A stretch of DNA of 64,000 nt, taken from NCBI GenBank assembly GCA_047967505.1, contig CM106538.1. One strand, 5' to 3'. Numbering within the stretch: position 1 is the first letter of the stretch; every line of letters starts with the position of its first letter. A program made the translations under genes and the position numbers. This stretch comes from Dipteris shenzhenensis (lineage: Eukaryota). Below are positions 12,644-25,779 of the stretch, piece after piece. The notes beneath the pieces were generated by a model. The model saw only the letters and a program-made list of their open reading frames with translations. It did not search any database and was not told the origin of the DNA.

Positions 12644-14149
12644 GTATATTCTCATATGCTTGTTTAACATTTCAAACTGATTGAAAGGTTCTGGTTTAGT
12701 TTATGATTTAAAGTCTTATGTTGATGGTTACGTGTAATACCAGAATCTGAGCTGAATCCACTTTGTTTACATTGTTGATTAAATCAAAACAAGCAATGAG
12801 AGAAAGATTGCTGGAAACAAAATTGCTTGGATTGTGGGAAAAATTGACGAACTATGGAGTCAGTTCACCAAATTACCCTTGGTGTTAGTTTGGGTTACGA
12901 TTAATTAAAGGTGAAAGGAGTGGTATGTAGACCTTAGGTCGTAGGTTAGGACGGCCATGATGTTATGTCATGGACAAGGATTAGAGATTTTAAAGGGGCC
13001 ACATGATATGTCAAGGCCCCACATACATCCATAAGGGATGAAGGGAATGGAGGCCGCCACATGGCAGAAATCCATTGGTCTATCTCATGTGGCCTTGCCA
13101 TGTGTCACACAAGCATGAACTCACCATGTCACTCAATTTAGGGCAGCCAATCAGGTGCAGCTATTGCATCTATGGTGTATGCTTGATGCATTTTGATATG
13201 GCACACTATGTCAGTGTTCCACATAGGATGGTGCTGAAACCCTAGCTTTTGTGTGAAGGCACCAGTAAGCTTATCCCTCTGCCTTTTCACCTCCTCGCCT
13301 CAGCTAGGTTTTGCTGAGATGAGGTTCATTATGTGCTTGCAGTAAGTTCCTGCATTTCCAATCGTATGCTATCATTTAGCAAGTGTTGGCATTTCCACCA
13401 CAGCAATTCACACCTGTGTGCATCTATCCTACTTGTATTTGTGTGTCGAGGGTACTTCTGTCTACAAGGCTCCCATCTCAGTTTTTTTCAAGGTATTAGT
13501 ACACTGATAGCTTGCTAGACGTGATAATAATGTTTGGGCAGTCTCTAGCAAGCGTAACGCACCATTGAGCATAATTCTTGGAACCCCTAGAAGGATCCCT
13601 TGAAAGCCTTAGATTGAGAGGAGATCCCCTACAAGGGTGTGCATGGAAGACATAGAAAATCCTAGGTAAGGGAAATCCTACAAAGCCTATATTTATGCAG
13701 AGGAACACCTGCAAAACATTTGTAGGCAGATTGAAGGAAATCTGAGCCATAACTCAAGATTGAAGAAGGAAGATCTGAAGCAAGAAGTTCTGCAACAGAA
13801 TCCCTAAGCGGCAACTTCAAGCAAACATGATCATTAGAAGACGCACATAGAAATGGTGATCTGGGTGTGCACGGTGACAAAAGAACATAAGACGGATTTG
13901 TAAAGACAAATGGGTGGGGCCACTAAAAACAGGCACCGTTACCCTAAAGGCTGGTGTTTGCAGCAAGAAACCAAGAAAGTAAATACATCACGCTGTTGCT
14001 GCTGTTGCTGGTGCTAGAGAATCCAAAATGTAAAGGGCAACAATGGAAGGCCCCTGGTTGTCGGCCAACAAATCGTCTACTGTGTATGTTGTCTGTGGGA
14101 CCAACTCCATCAGTCACTTGAGGGTAGATAAAATGAGCTTGTCTGACTT

Positions 14150-15560
14150 CTGCGGCTATGGATCTAGTGAGGGTTGGTGCCGTCGAGGAAGAGAATCAGT
14201 GATTGCTTGCTGCTGCACAGATTGTTTGGGGCCCGCACTCCATTCTCTGTAGCCTCCGAGAGAAAGCTTGTCATTTGAAAAGTGCTACCGTCACTTCCAT
14301 GATCTGTCTCCTTACGTGAGACAATAGCGAGGAAATGTCTACGGTCCTCATGTGAGTGTCTACCTGAGGTCGAGTATGAAGATACGGGCACTCTGGTCCT
14401 CTACTATTGCTGGCTCAGGTCGACGGAGAAAAAGTCCATGATCATCGTCTGGCTGGGCTCTGACGGTCCCTTCTGTGCTCTCCTTTGCACTCGCATGAGC
14501 TGATCTCTTTATCTCCTGGCCTTGAGGAGAAAAACCACCACATGTTGATTAGGGTGGGGCAGAAACTCTTTGAGTTGGCCAAATTCGTTGCTGAAAAGAT
14601 AGTGATACCGTCCATGGATCTCATAGCACATGGCGAATGTGAATGCAGAGTGCTTCTCTATCTCGGCCTCCTGCATATTACGTAAGTGCAGATCTGTCCC
14701 ATGTGGGATGCCCTCTTCTTGCCTCTCTCAACCCATAGGCTATGTGAAGAAACTGTTCGATCGAGATCCTCAATGCATGTGGGATATGGATTTGGTTGTA
14801 GCCCAGCGGTTGGGTAAACCCCTCCTCTTAAGGTCTGTAAGCAGTGATCACTATAGAAGTTAAGCTCAACTGAAAGCTTAGTAGGTGCTAGCCAAGTCCT
14901 ATATGTGTGGCGCTGCAATAGATCCTCTCTGATGACCATGGCTCACCTCATGGTAGGTGACCAGAATGGATGGAGCTGCAAGGCTATATTGCATTGGTAG
15001 TAGCCTATCCAGTTGTAGTCCCAGGCTTGCAAACTATCTGTGTGTCGGACCGTACAAGCTTCTCTGATCTCCCTCTGCCTCCAAGGACATAGATGAAGCC
15101 AAGGCTAGCCATGGCAATCGGCACCGTCTAGATATTGTGATACTAAAGTCCGTGACTCTATGGAGTTAAGTAACCACTTGCAAGACTGCATTGAGCTGTA
15201 GAGGGGTACCACCAAACTCTGCTAGTATGGTTTGATGGGGGATCGATGGCTTGCTGCAGATCATCCGAGCAGATCCTGTAGTCTCTCTATTGGCCAACTT
15301 GTGTCCGATAGGTCTGGCTCCCAAAAGGGACTGTCGTACATTTCAGCTAGACAGACAAGCAAATCAAAGAGAAGAGAGTAGGTACCAGGGTCTTGGAAAT
15401 GCGAGTGAAAGCATTGACGCTCGAGTCTAGCTAGTGCAGCATATCCTTTGCTTAAACGAGCCAGCATGGTTGGTTGCATTGAGAAGATCAGGCTTGAGAA
15501 GAGAACCCCTAAGTATGTAAAGGATGCAACAATCGCCATTGGTGCCCCGTCAAAGGTAAA
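14150..15560 (-). mobile_element. LINE 3' fragment (LINE-B), same family as LINE-A
   Basis: FTYLGVLFS...ARLSKGY..LARLERQCFHSHFQDP and VIREDLLQRHT match LINE-A; heavily decayed. Boundaries approximate. Confidence 0.8.
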
Positions 15561-15573
15561 TTGCTCTCAAGTT

Positions 15574-15958
15574 TGTTAGAAACATGGTGGAAGGAGAGAG
15601 AGAGAGAGAGAGAGAGTTAGGGTGTGAGAAAATAATGCTCCAATGAAGACATGAAGAAGGCTTTTATTCATCCATGAAGTATGACAAGACAAGTGAAGTA
15701 CAAGCCTTATGTAGGCTATTCCCTCACATTCTAGCACCTAGTGCATATGGGATAAGTCCCATGATGACACGTGGCACTCACACAAGACTAACATACATAA
15801 ACTAGTACTAGATCACCTAGTACTCTACACTAACACACTCTTTGACTATGATATCTCCACCCCCCTTTAGAGCAAAGAGGTGTGAGACCCAACATGCAAG
15901 AGTAGACCAATCCCCCCTCCACCACAATACTGCAAAGAGCAAGTCCAACTATCCAACA
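15574..15958 (-). repeat. Isolated LTR (probable 3' LTR of a truncated element)
   Basis: TGTT...AACA termini, internal (GA)n, purine tract GGGAGG abutting on the - strand; no TSD or partner LTR found. Confidence 0.55.
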
Positions 15959-16149
15959 CCTCCCGTGTGATATTGACTTCTTAGTCAGCTTGTGACCGGC
16001 AAGGACAAACCATCACTCGTCATCCCCCTTTACTCTGAACTGCCCAGGGTAGAGGACCTCTTATTGACCTCTTATTGACTCGTCATCCCCCCTTACTTTG
16101 AACTGCCCAGGGCAGAGGACCTCTTATTGACTCAAGTGGGGGGGGGGGG

Positions 16150-16886
16150 GTATAGTGAGGTCATGTATCCGTTAGACAAAAGCCAATGGACCTAGTAGGT
16201 AGTCCACTGTGCTAGTCCTGCCTCCATGTGGAAAGCATGTGAATCCCCTGGATGAGGCCATCTCTGAAGGCCATTGTAGATGAGGTCGTGGACATCTCCC
16301 AACTCAAGCAGGTGTCGCCCATATGCTGTCACATGTGAAGTATTTGTAGAAAGTCTTTGAATTCCAAGCTCTGCTGCATCTAACTCTGGTATCATGTGGG
16401 GGTCTCTCTCATATGTGAAGTCAAGTAAGCCCACTTGCCTATCTCTCGTCCTTGCATTGAAATCCCCTAGAAGGAGGATGTCTCCTTCTATAGAGAACTC
16501 TATGATATCATGATGTATCGTTCCATAAGGACTGTCTCCCTGTAGTGACATCATGGGCGTATGATGACGTGTCTGGAGGGAAATAGCATATTGCAATGAA
16601 GATCGGTCGGGCATCTAGTAGCTGTACTCGTATCCACATATTACGCACATGTTCCTCTCTTCGTACCACAGATATGAGTGGTCTCAAGTGTGTTTTGAAA
16701 AGGAAAGCCACACCTCCAGAGCCTCGTACTCCACTATCTCTCCTCAGTTCTTTCCTATGAGCTGACTCTCAAATGTACCCTGTCACTGTGGGCAGCCCTC
16801 TCTCTAGGCTCTCATGTGTCTCAGTGTAGAAGATGATGTCTTTGCCTGTGTACGTCTCTGAGAAGCTACTTGGGTTGGACCAAAGG

Positions 16887-16889
<3 letters not shown>
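16150..16889 (-). mobile_element. LINE 5' fragment (APE endonuclease)
   Basis: DIIFYTETHE, FIAICYFPP, LLLGDFNART in - frames 16192-16889. Confidence 0.82.
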
Positions 16890-16934
<45 letters not shown>

Positions 16935-19551
16935 CCTCGCGGGCCTATGAAACAAAGTACAATCACAAGTGACTCATACAAGCCGCTATGGGCTGATGCA
17001 AGGGGGTCGCTAAGCCCCCTGCAGAGTACTAAGGAAAACTCTAAGGAAATACGACTCAGAAACAATATAATTGGAGACTCAGATACTCAAAAGGCATATC
17101 CAGGTGCCATGGTGGCTCTCCCGTGAGATGTGATGATATCTCGGAGCTGCGTCTGTCGTGTTGACTCGCGTAATTGCAAGGGGGGGTGTGGTTACCAAGA
17201 GCTTTGTATCCAACGTGCCATGTTAAGAGTGACCCCTCGGCTTTGGCGCTCGCTTGTGAGAAAGGCCGTGATATCCATACTACTCGGTCTAGCTACTCTT
17301 TGCTCTACCGCTCCATGCCATCTCCTCCCACTAGTCCACTCTGCCCTCATCTCACCAATCTCGTCCTCCTCAGCTCCGCTATGTCATGGGGCTGACTCAA
17401 AGACATTTAAATCTGTCACCTGTCTCTGGGATGCATCTATCTCTGGTTCGGGTAGGACCATAGGTTGCATAATCTGTCTCATAAGAGTCTCTGTATGCCA
17501 TCTCATGTGCATCCGACACAGTCTTGATATTGGAAATGGATCAAGTGAGAGAGTGGTCCAAATCCCAGTCCCTTTTGGTATAGGCAGTGGTACCGTCCTC
17601 AAATCTCATAGTTTGCTGGACATACATATAGAGAGTGCTCCTCTGTCTCCACCTCCCCTAGTGTGCAAAGCTTGCATATTCGCTGCTCTCTTGATTTTAC
17701 GGCAGCTCTTCGTGCCTCTATCACCAGCTGGTGGGATGAGACTCTCATTTGCTCGATGGCAATCCTCAAGGAGTGTGAGATGTCTAATGATCGCTCCATC
17801 CTTTGAGATCTGAAGGAAAGGGTCTCGATAGAACTGGATCTTGGTGGGGAACTCTTGGTCCCCTCCCCAAGTCCGTGTTGTGTGAAGCTGTAGTAGATCC
17901 ATTGGTATGATACGGTTGATCTCATCTCGTGGGATAAGGGAAGATGGGGCATCTAGGTTGTACTGAAATGGTGGGAGACGATCCATCTGGATCCCTTGGC
18001 TATCAAACCATCTGTAGATACATGTGTACCAAGCTGTGCTGACCCCACGGTCTGCAAGTCGTCGTGATGCCAATCACGGCAATCTCTAGTTAGGTGAAGT
18101 CCAAATCCTGTGAATATATGTTAGTGTCTAGAAGATAGCATCAATCTAGAGAGGTGTGATAGTGAACTCTACCTGTATGATCATATGAGGGACTGAGGGC
18201 TTACTGCGGATCATCCAGGAGCCCATAATCACCTGTAGTCGCTCAAACCTCTTTCAGTATATCGCTGAGAGGTCACCTCCCCAAAAGGGTGCTGCATACA
18301 TGGCTGTTGGTCTCATGAGTGTATCAAAAAGCTATCCCTTTGTATGAGGGTCCTGGAAGTGTGCCTGAAAACATTGTCGCTCTAGACGAGCTAGAGCCCC
18401 TTGCCAACGTGTGAGTTGAGCTCTAGCTGCGTGGACCAATCCTGAAGACTGGGCCCGAGAAAATTGCTCCAGGGTATGTAGGACTGTGCAATCTCTACGG
18501 GCTCATCTCGATAGTTGAAACTATGTCGATGAAGCACTGCCCATGAAGTGTTGAAAATCATAACTTTGGTCTTCCAAGGTTGTCTGACAAGCAGCTCTCC
18601 CTACAAAATACCTTTAGGGCATGTAGATGCTTTTGGAGACCTGCTGCTGCGGAGGATATGAGTACTATGTCATCGGCATAAAGCAATATCTGCACCATTA
18701 GCTTATCAAGTAGTGACCCCTCCCCTCCTAAGTTGTCAATGAAGGCAATGAAGGCAATGATCTCATCGATATAGAGCCCAAAGAGTGTTGGTGAGAGGGG
18801 GCATCCCCGCTTCACTCCAATCATACTCTCCACCCAATCAGATAGACCTCTTGGGGCTCGTACTCTGCCTCTGACTATCTCATACAGACTCATCACCCCC
18901 CATATCATGATGTCGGGAATCCACATTTCCTGAAACCTCTTGATCAAGCCAGCCCATGGGTCAGTATCAAAGGCCTTCTGAAAGTCGACGAAACAAGTGT
19001 AGACTTTTTGAGATCTGGCTCTCGCCTCCTCAATGATGGCCCGTAGAGTGAATATGTGATCTAGAGTAGAGTGCTGTCTCCTGAACCCGGCTTGCTGTAA
19101 AGCTTGCTGCCCAGGTGTCTTTGTGAAGTTGCTGATCTCTTTCTCCGACATTGAATCACAAATCATGGCCAATGTGTGGTCCATCATGAGTGTGCGGTAA
19201 TTCCCAGTATCCATGGGGTCTGCTGATTTGTGTATCAGGACAATGGTGGTAGTGCTCCAGGCAGGGGGAAACCCATGACAAACAGCTTGGTTAAACAGTT
19301 GCGCAAGGATTGGGGGCCAAGACGTCCATCCCATGTGCAAAGTGCTCAGTCCGTAGTCCCTTATGGTCTTGGGCTCGCTGGTCGTGAAGCCGGCATAGTG
19401 CTGCCTGCACATTATAGGTGGTGAACAACATACAGGTGGCTGGCCTGGGGATGGAAGACATATCTGGTGGGGGCTGAGCTGGAGCATCATACAGTGATGT
19501 CACATATGTGTGCCATCTATCTGGATCTGTGATGGGAATCGGTGACTTCCC

Positions 19552-19762
19552 TGAGAGGGGGAAGAGAGGAGGAAGGAAGCAAGAGAGTGAGAGTCAGAGA
19601 GAGACACACTAGTGTGGGTGTGAAGTGAAGAGTGAGCCACACCACAAACTCACTTATGTTTTATTAGGATTAGGTTTACCCTATGACTGTCTTAAGACAG
19701 TCATAGGTGTCCTATCTTTAATTCTTTTAATTAAGGGTAGGCAATGTGCCTTTACCCCAACA
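19552..19762 (-). repeat. Copia-2 3' LTR
   Basis: TG...CA termini; 210/211 identical to 25569-25779. Confidence 0.97.
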
Positions 19763-19861
19763 ACCTCCCACCTAAAGGCCAATGTGCCTAAAGGGGAGAA
19801 AAGAATAAAAATTACAGCAATATACAGTTACTGTATACTAGACCATAAAGTAAGAATGGTC

Positions 19862-22800
19862 TCATCCTAATCCCATGATGTGGCGGCAATGTGCAAACCG
19901 CTCTGTAGGCAAGCTCTTAGTGAGCAAATCTGCAGGATTATCATCAGTATGTACTTTCACAAGCTCAAGACGCTTGTCTTCCAGCACCTCCCTGATGAAA
20001 TGATATTTCACTTCTATGTGCTTGGTCTTCTGATGAAAGACCGGATTCTTTGCCAACATGATAGCACTCTGACTATCACAATGCAAAACTGGCATGTCAC
20101 CTGTAATGCCCAAATCTCCCACCAGCCGAGTAAGCCATATTGCTTCCTTGCAAGCCTCAGTGGCTGCAACATATTCAGCTTCTGTGGTTGACAGTGCAAC
20201 GCATTTCTGCAACCGAGACACCCATGATATAGCACCTCCTGCAAATGTGAAAATATAACCGGTAGTAGACTTCCGGTTATCTGCATTCCCTGCATAGTCT
20301 GAATCTGTAAAACCATGCACCAATGCATCCTTCCTACCATAGCATATGCACAAGTCTTTGGTACCTTTGAGATACCTCAAGACACCTTTCACTGCTTCCC
20401 AATGCCGCTTGCCTGGATTTGCCATATACCTGCTGATGACTCCCACCGCAAAAGCAATATCCGGACGAGTGGCAACCATGGCATACATCAAAGATCCAAC
20501 TGCAGATGCATACGGAACCTTGGCCATTTCAGCCTTATCATCATCTGATCTGGGGCTGTCCTTACTGCTGAGTTTTAAATGTGGAGGCAACGGGGTACTA
20601 ATGGACTTTCCCCCCTCCATTTTAAACCTCTGCAGTACTTTGTCAATATACTCTTTCTGTGACAGAAACAAAAGTCCCTTGGACCTGTCACGAGTAATAC
20701 GCATGCCAAGAATATGATTTGCATCACCCAAGTCTTTCATGTCAAAAGACTTATGCAGTTGTTTCTTCAAAATCTCATGCTGAGATTTACTGGCAATAAG
20801 CATGTCATCCACATATAGAATGAGTAGCATCAAACTGCCATCTTTTGCCCGTTTGGTGTATAAGCAATGATCTGTCTCACACCGATGATACCCTTGGGAC
20901 TGCATGAAGGCATCAAACTTCTTGTACCATTCTCTTGGCGCCTGCTTGAGTCCATACAAGCTCCTTTTGAGCTTACACACAAGCTGCTCTTTCCCTTTAA
21001 CAGCATATCCCTCTGGCTGACTCATATAGATCTCATCATGGAGATCTCCGTGAAGAAAAGCTGTCTTCACATCCATCTGACATAAATCCATGTCATCATG
21101 AGCAACAAGAGCCAACACTGCTCTCAAAGTAGTCATCTTGACTACAGGGGAAAAAATCTCATCAAAGTCAATGCCCTTCTCCTGCTTAAATCCCTTGGCA
21201 ACCAATCTGGCCTTATACCGAGGTAAAGCATTTGAATCCACTTTGACTTTGTAAACCCACTTGCATGGCAAAACCTTTCTGCCTGCAGGTAACTGCACCA
21301 AGTCCCATGTATCATTCTGAAGTAGGGAGTCCATTTCTGACTGCATTGCTTTCTCCCACTTCTTTTTCTCTGCTCTTCCCATAGCTTCCTTGAAGCTGGA
21401 AGGCTCACCACAATCTGTCAGCATGATAAAATCAGCCACATTATTGGCTCCTGGAACAAACCTGGCAGGAGGCCGTTGTGCACGGGAGCTCCTCCTAACA
21501 AAATGTTCCGGATTAGGCTGCTGTCCAGCCTGTTCTTCATGCATGACAGGTGGCTGTACCACCATATCTGGCTGTGCTACAGCTCCATCTGCTGGCATAT
21601 CCAGTGGTACATCATTGGCAAAATTATTTGGCTGATTTCCAGCCTGTATACCCTCTTGAACAGGGTGATCTGCAGCAGGCTGCTGCTGCATATAAATGGG
21701 CATTCTTTGCTGTCCAACATCATCATAAATAACCCTCCTGTATTCCACAGGTTGCACGGGTTCCTTGTGTACACTATCTTCTTTAAAGATGACATCATTG
21801 CTGCGTATAATCTTCCGTTTAACGGGATCCCATAACCTGTACCCCATTTCACCTTCGTCACCATATCCCATAAAGATGCATCTGATAGACTTTGGATCCA
21901 GTTTGGTGCGTAGATCTTTGCGTACATGAGCAAAGCACTCGCAGCCAAATACCCGTAAGTGCTTATATGAGGGTGGCTTGCCAGACCACACCTCCTCTGG
22001 CACTTTCAACTCCAAAGCCTTATTTGGTGACCTGTTAATAATGTGAACTGCTGTTTGCACGGCTTCTGGCTAAAAGCCATGGGGTAATGCAGCATAAGAC
22101 AACATACATCGAACCTTCTCCTGAATAGTTCGATTCATCCGCTCACTTGCACCATTTTGAGATGCATTATGAGGGGCTGTGAGTTCCTGTTTGATGCCCT
22201 TAGCTTGGCAAAACTGCACAAAAGCATGTGACACATACTCACCCCCATTATCGGATCTGAGGCATTTCAGCCTACGACCTGTCCGATTTTCAACCTGAGC
22301 GACAAACCTCTTGAAAGCATCTAGGGCATCTCCCTTATGCTTCAAGAAATAGACCCACACCTTACGTGTGGCATCATCAATGAAAGTAATAAAATATTTG
22401 GCACCCCCTAGTGATAACTGTGGCATCTCACACAAATCAGTGTGCACTAGATCAAGTGGTGCTCTATTCTGGGGAGATCTCCTCTTATGAGGAGTCACAG
22501 AATGCTTGCCAAAAATAGAATGATCACAAGTAGGCAAATCTGAAAAAGAGAGAGGCGGCAGATAACCCAAACGTGACAGTTCTTGCAATCCTTTAACAGA
22601 CATGTGTCCCAACCGGCTATGCCACAATGAAACCTTTGGCAGCTCGGTTATGGCAACAACATGATTACCCACACTGGAAACATAAAGAGGGTACAAGGTA
22701 TCACTCTTAAAACCCTCAGCCACTACAGTCTGGCCATCAGTAATCACCCATTTGGAATCCCCAAATGTGGTGTGGTAACCACTGTCATCTAATAAGCCAG

Positions 22801-23965
22801 TGCTAATCAGATTTTTCTTGATTTGCGGCACATGGCGAACACCATCAAGCATAAATGACTGTCCATCAGGAAATACTATCTGTATACTGCCAATCCCTGC
22901 AACCTGACATGCATAGTTGTTCCCAAGATGAACAACTCCATGAGTACCTGTGTAGGAAGTAAACCACTCCCTATGAGGTGTAACATGAAAAGAAGCACCT
23001 GAATCCAAGAGCCAGGTGTGCATGTCATGGCCATCAATAACCAAAGCATGTGCTATTACAGCAGAAGAGCATAAAACATCATGTATGTCACTGTCACTGT
23101 CCTTTGCTGCAACATTCACTGCATCCAAGTCATCTGCCTTGGCCTTGCCTTTGCCTTTGCTTGCATTTCCTGCATCCTTTGTTTCAGCCTTCTTGGCTTT
23201 CTGATCCCGTATGAACTTGAAGCACTTAGACTTCACATGTCCCTTCTTGCCACAATAAAAGCATTCAATGTCCTTTTTGCCACGGGACTGACTACGGGAT
23301 TTGGACTTACTAGCAGATCTCCCCTTCTGCTGAGTCCTGCCTCTGTCCTGTACCTGCAAAGCACTTGAAGACTTGCTGCCCGCATTATTCTTCCTGCTCA
23401 TCTCCTCCATAAGAAGAGAGCTCTCTATATCAGCATAAATAAGAGTGGCATTTGAGTTTGACAGGGTGGTCTTGAAAGTGTCCCAACTCTCAGGAAGAGT
23501 ACACAACAAGAAAGTAGCCTTGAACTCCTCATCAAGGTTCAACCCCTGTGCAATCAGCTGTGTAAAGATAGCATTGAACTCACTCAAGTGTGAGGTCATA
23601 GCTGTACCTTCCTTCATGCGAAGATCAACCAGCTTCTTCAACCAATAGACCTTACTGGCTGAACTCTTTTGGGCATATAATTCCTCTAGTCTTTGCCATA
23701 GACCATAAGAGGTCTTTTCAGCCTGTACATTGAACACAAGAGTGTCTGAAATAGTAAGCATGATAGCTGCCCTCGCGGACAAATCAAGCTCTTCCCAGTC
23801 ATCAGCTGCCATATCAGATGGCTTGACACCCTTTACCCTTATGGGCTTAGCAATCTTCTTTAACAGAAGAACATTCAAGCACTGTTCTGCCCATAATGCA
23901 TAGTTATGTGCTCCTTCCAGTTTCTTTATGTTCAGAATTGAAGAATCACCTCCTCCTGATGCCAT
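19862..23965 (-). pseudogene. Copia-2 gag-pol polyprotein with one premature stop
   Basis: ORFs 22070..23965 and 19862..22060 are in the same frame, separated by TAG at 22070-22072 (GF*PEA, canonical FWxEA); CFYCGKKGHVKSKC, WLLDSGASFH, integrase, RT LYVDDML and RNase H motifs present. Confidence 0.95.
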
Positions 23966-25554
23966 ATCAGATGAGGAAAGTACCTGACTCCCTGGAAGTA
24001 AAAAAAAGACTGAATAAAAAGTTCTGATTTCTCAGAAAAGCCTGCTCTATTCAAGAGCCAGAAGCACTCTCAAAGGTGCTGTTTTTACTGTCAGTAAAAT
24101 CTGCAGCAAAACAGTAAATGTCCCTGCAAATACTGTACCTTCTGACAAACTGTTCTGAGCTCAAGGAGGCATAAAAAAAACAGTAATTTCAGACTGCTGC
24201 TGATGCTCAACAAGAGCTTAACAGTGCATAATTATCTGACAAAACCACCAACACTGCTGTAAACACTGCTGTACTGATCACTTCTCCCACCTCAGATGAG
24301 GTATGTCACTGACTCAAATTGCAGAAACCACTTGACAAACACCCCAAAAACAGGAAATGACCCTTCAGCCTGTCACAAAACCTGCAACAGTAAATGGGAT
24401 AAATCCCAAGCAATCACCCTTATACCAAGGGGAGAAAATGCATCTGAAGATCTCTGTTGGTAACCCAAATGCTATCAAACAAAGTCTGGGCAAAAGCCCC
24501 TTGATCTGACACCTGAATCAAGTGGAGAACACCTCAACACTGAGGTAGCATGCAAAATGAAATCTCTCTGATACTTGTACCTGACAATGTGTAATGCATA
24601 GACTGCCCCTGTGTACTCGGTAACAACACAACTCACAACGTACAGACACCAAGAAGAAAATCTTTTGAGCACTGTCAACGATGGGCAGTTAGGGACCGAG
24701 TAAACTCGATGCGCCCTGACCAAGCGTGGCTCAACTGAGATTTTCAAAGTGCGTACAAAGAATGTGACCTGCAACAAATGTCACCAAATGCACTGCGGAA
24801 ATAAAGCAAATGTATGCTCCCTGGCTACACACTGCCTCAAGGCATATACTGCATACACATCCAGGCAAAAGCCCTTTGATAAGATCACCCAAAACTGAGA
24901 ATTTCACTCAGTAAATGCATAGAAACTCCTACTGTACTGCTGTCCTTCTTGCAGCACGCGCTTCCCCCCAAAAAAAAAATGAGACTTTGCAGCAAAAAAC
25001 AACCAAGTCCTGCTGTTTCTGTACCCTGCTGGTTCGACGCCAACCCCTGTGTATCTGCAGACGGACTGTCGTCCGTACCTGGGACAGTCTGTCGTCCGTA
25101 CCTGTGTACGGCTGTCCGTACGACTGTACGGACAGTCCGTACAGCTGATGTAAGAGCTACTGTACTGCAGCAGGCTGGCGACGCCCACGCTCTCCTCAAA
25201 GACCTAGCAGCTAGTAGCAGCTGCTATGAAGCAGCTGGCTGCCTGCTGGATGCGGTGCCTCGAGCTGCAGCTAGCAGCTCTTGTGCACGAATATCTTCGA
25301 TCAGCGACCAGCTCCGCCCGTGACAAAAATCTGCAGATCTGCCGTACGAATGCGATACACCTAGAGGTGACACCGCGAAAATGCACCGCGTAGAAGACCT
25401 GCAGCCCGCGACCGCCGTATCCACGTGAAAACGCGCCGCCGTACGAAATCGCCCTGGTCCGTACAGTCGTACGGACGGCGTACGGCAGTACGGAACTGTC
25501 CGTACGTCCGTACGGTATGGGTGAGGTTGAGGGAGAGTGAGAGACAGCTCGATG

Positions 25555-25566
25555 GCTCTGATACCA
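25555..25566 (-). promoter_or_regulatory. Primer-binding site (tRNA-iMet) of Copia-2
   Basis: Reverse complement TGGTATCAGAGC, 2 nt from the 5' LTR. Confidence 0.95.
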
Positions 25567-25568
25567 GT

Positions 25569-25779
25569 TGAGAGGGGGAAGAGAGGAGGAAGGAAGCAAG
25601 AGAGTGAGAGTCAGAGAGAGACACACTAGTGTGGGTGTGAAGTGAAGAGTGAGCCACACCACAAACTCACTTATGTTTTATTAGGATTAGGTTTACCCTA
25701 TGACTGTCTTAAGATAGTCATAGGTGTCCTATCTTTAATTCTTTTAATTAAGGGTAGGCAATGTGCCTTTACCCCAACA
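25569..25779 (-). repeat. Copia-2 5' LTR
   Basis: Direct repeat of 19552-19762. Confidence 0.97.

Larger units (their letters stand above)
19552..25779 (-). mobile_element. Ty1/Copia LTR retrotransposon (Copia-2), full length, very recent
   Basis: 211-bp LTRs 19552-19762 and 25569-25779 differ at one base; perfect 5-bp TSD TTCCC (19547-19551, 25780-25784); PBS 25555-25566; PPT GGTGGGAGGT beside the 3' LTR. Confidence 0.98.

Noticed and set aside
12880-14150. LTR-like or retroelement-like sequence in the intron
   Set aside because: No paired termini, TSD, PBS or protein motif could be fixed; left unannotated.
16015-16135. ~55-bp local direct duplication next to a poly-G run
   Set aside because: Real but looks like ordinary repair filler at a TE deletion junction.
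17130-17813. 227-aa + strand ORF
   Set aside because: Antisense shadow of the LINE-C 3' region.
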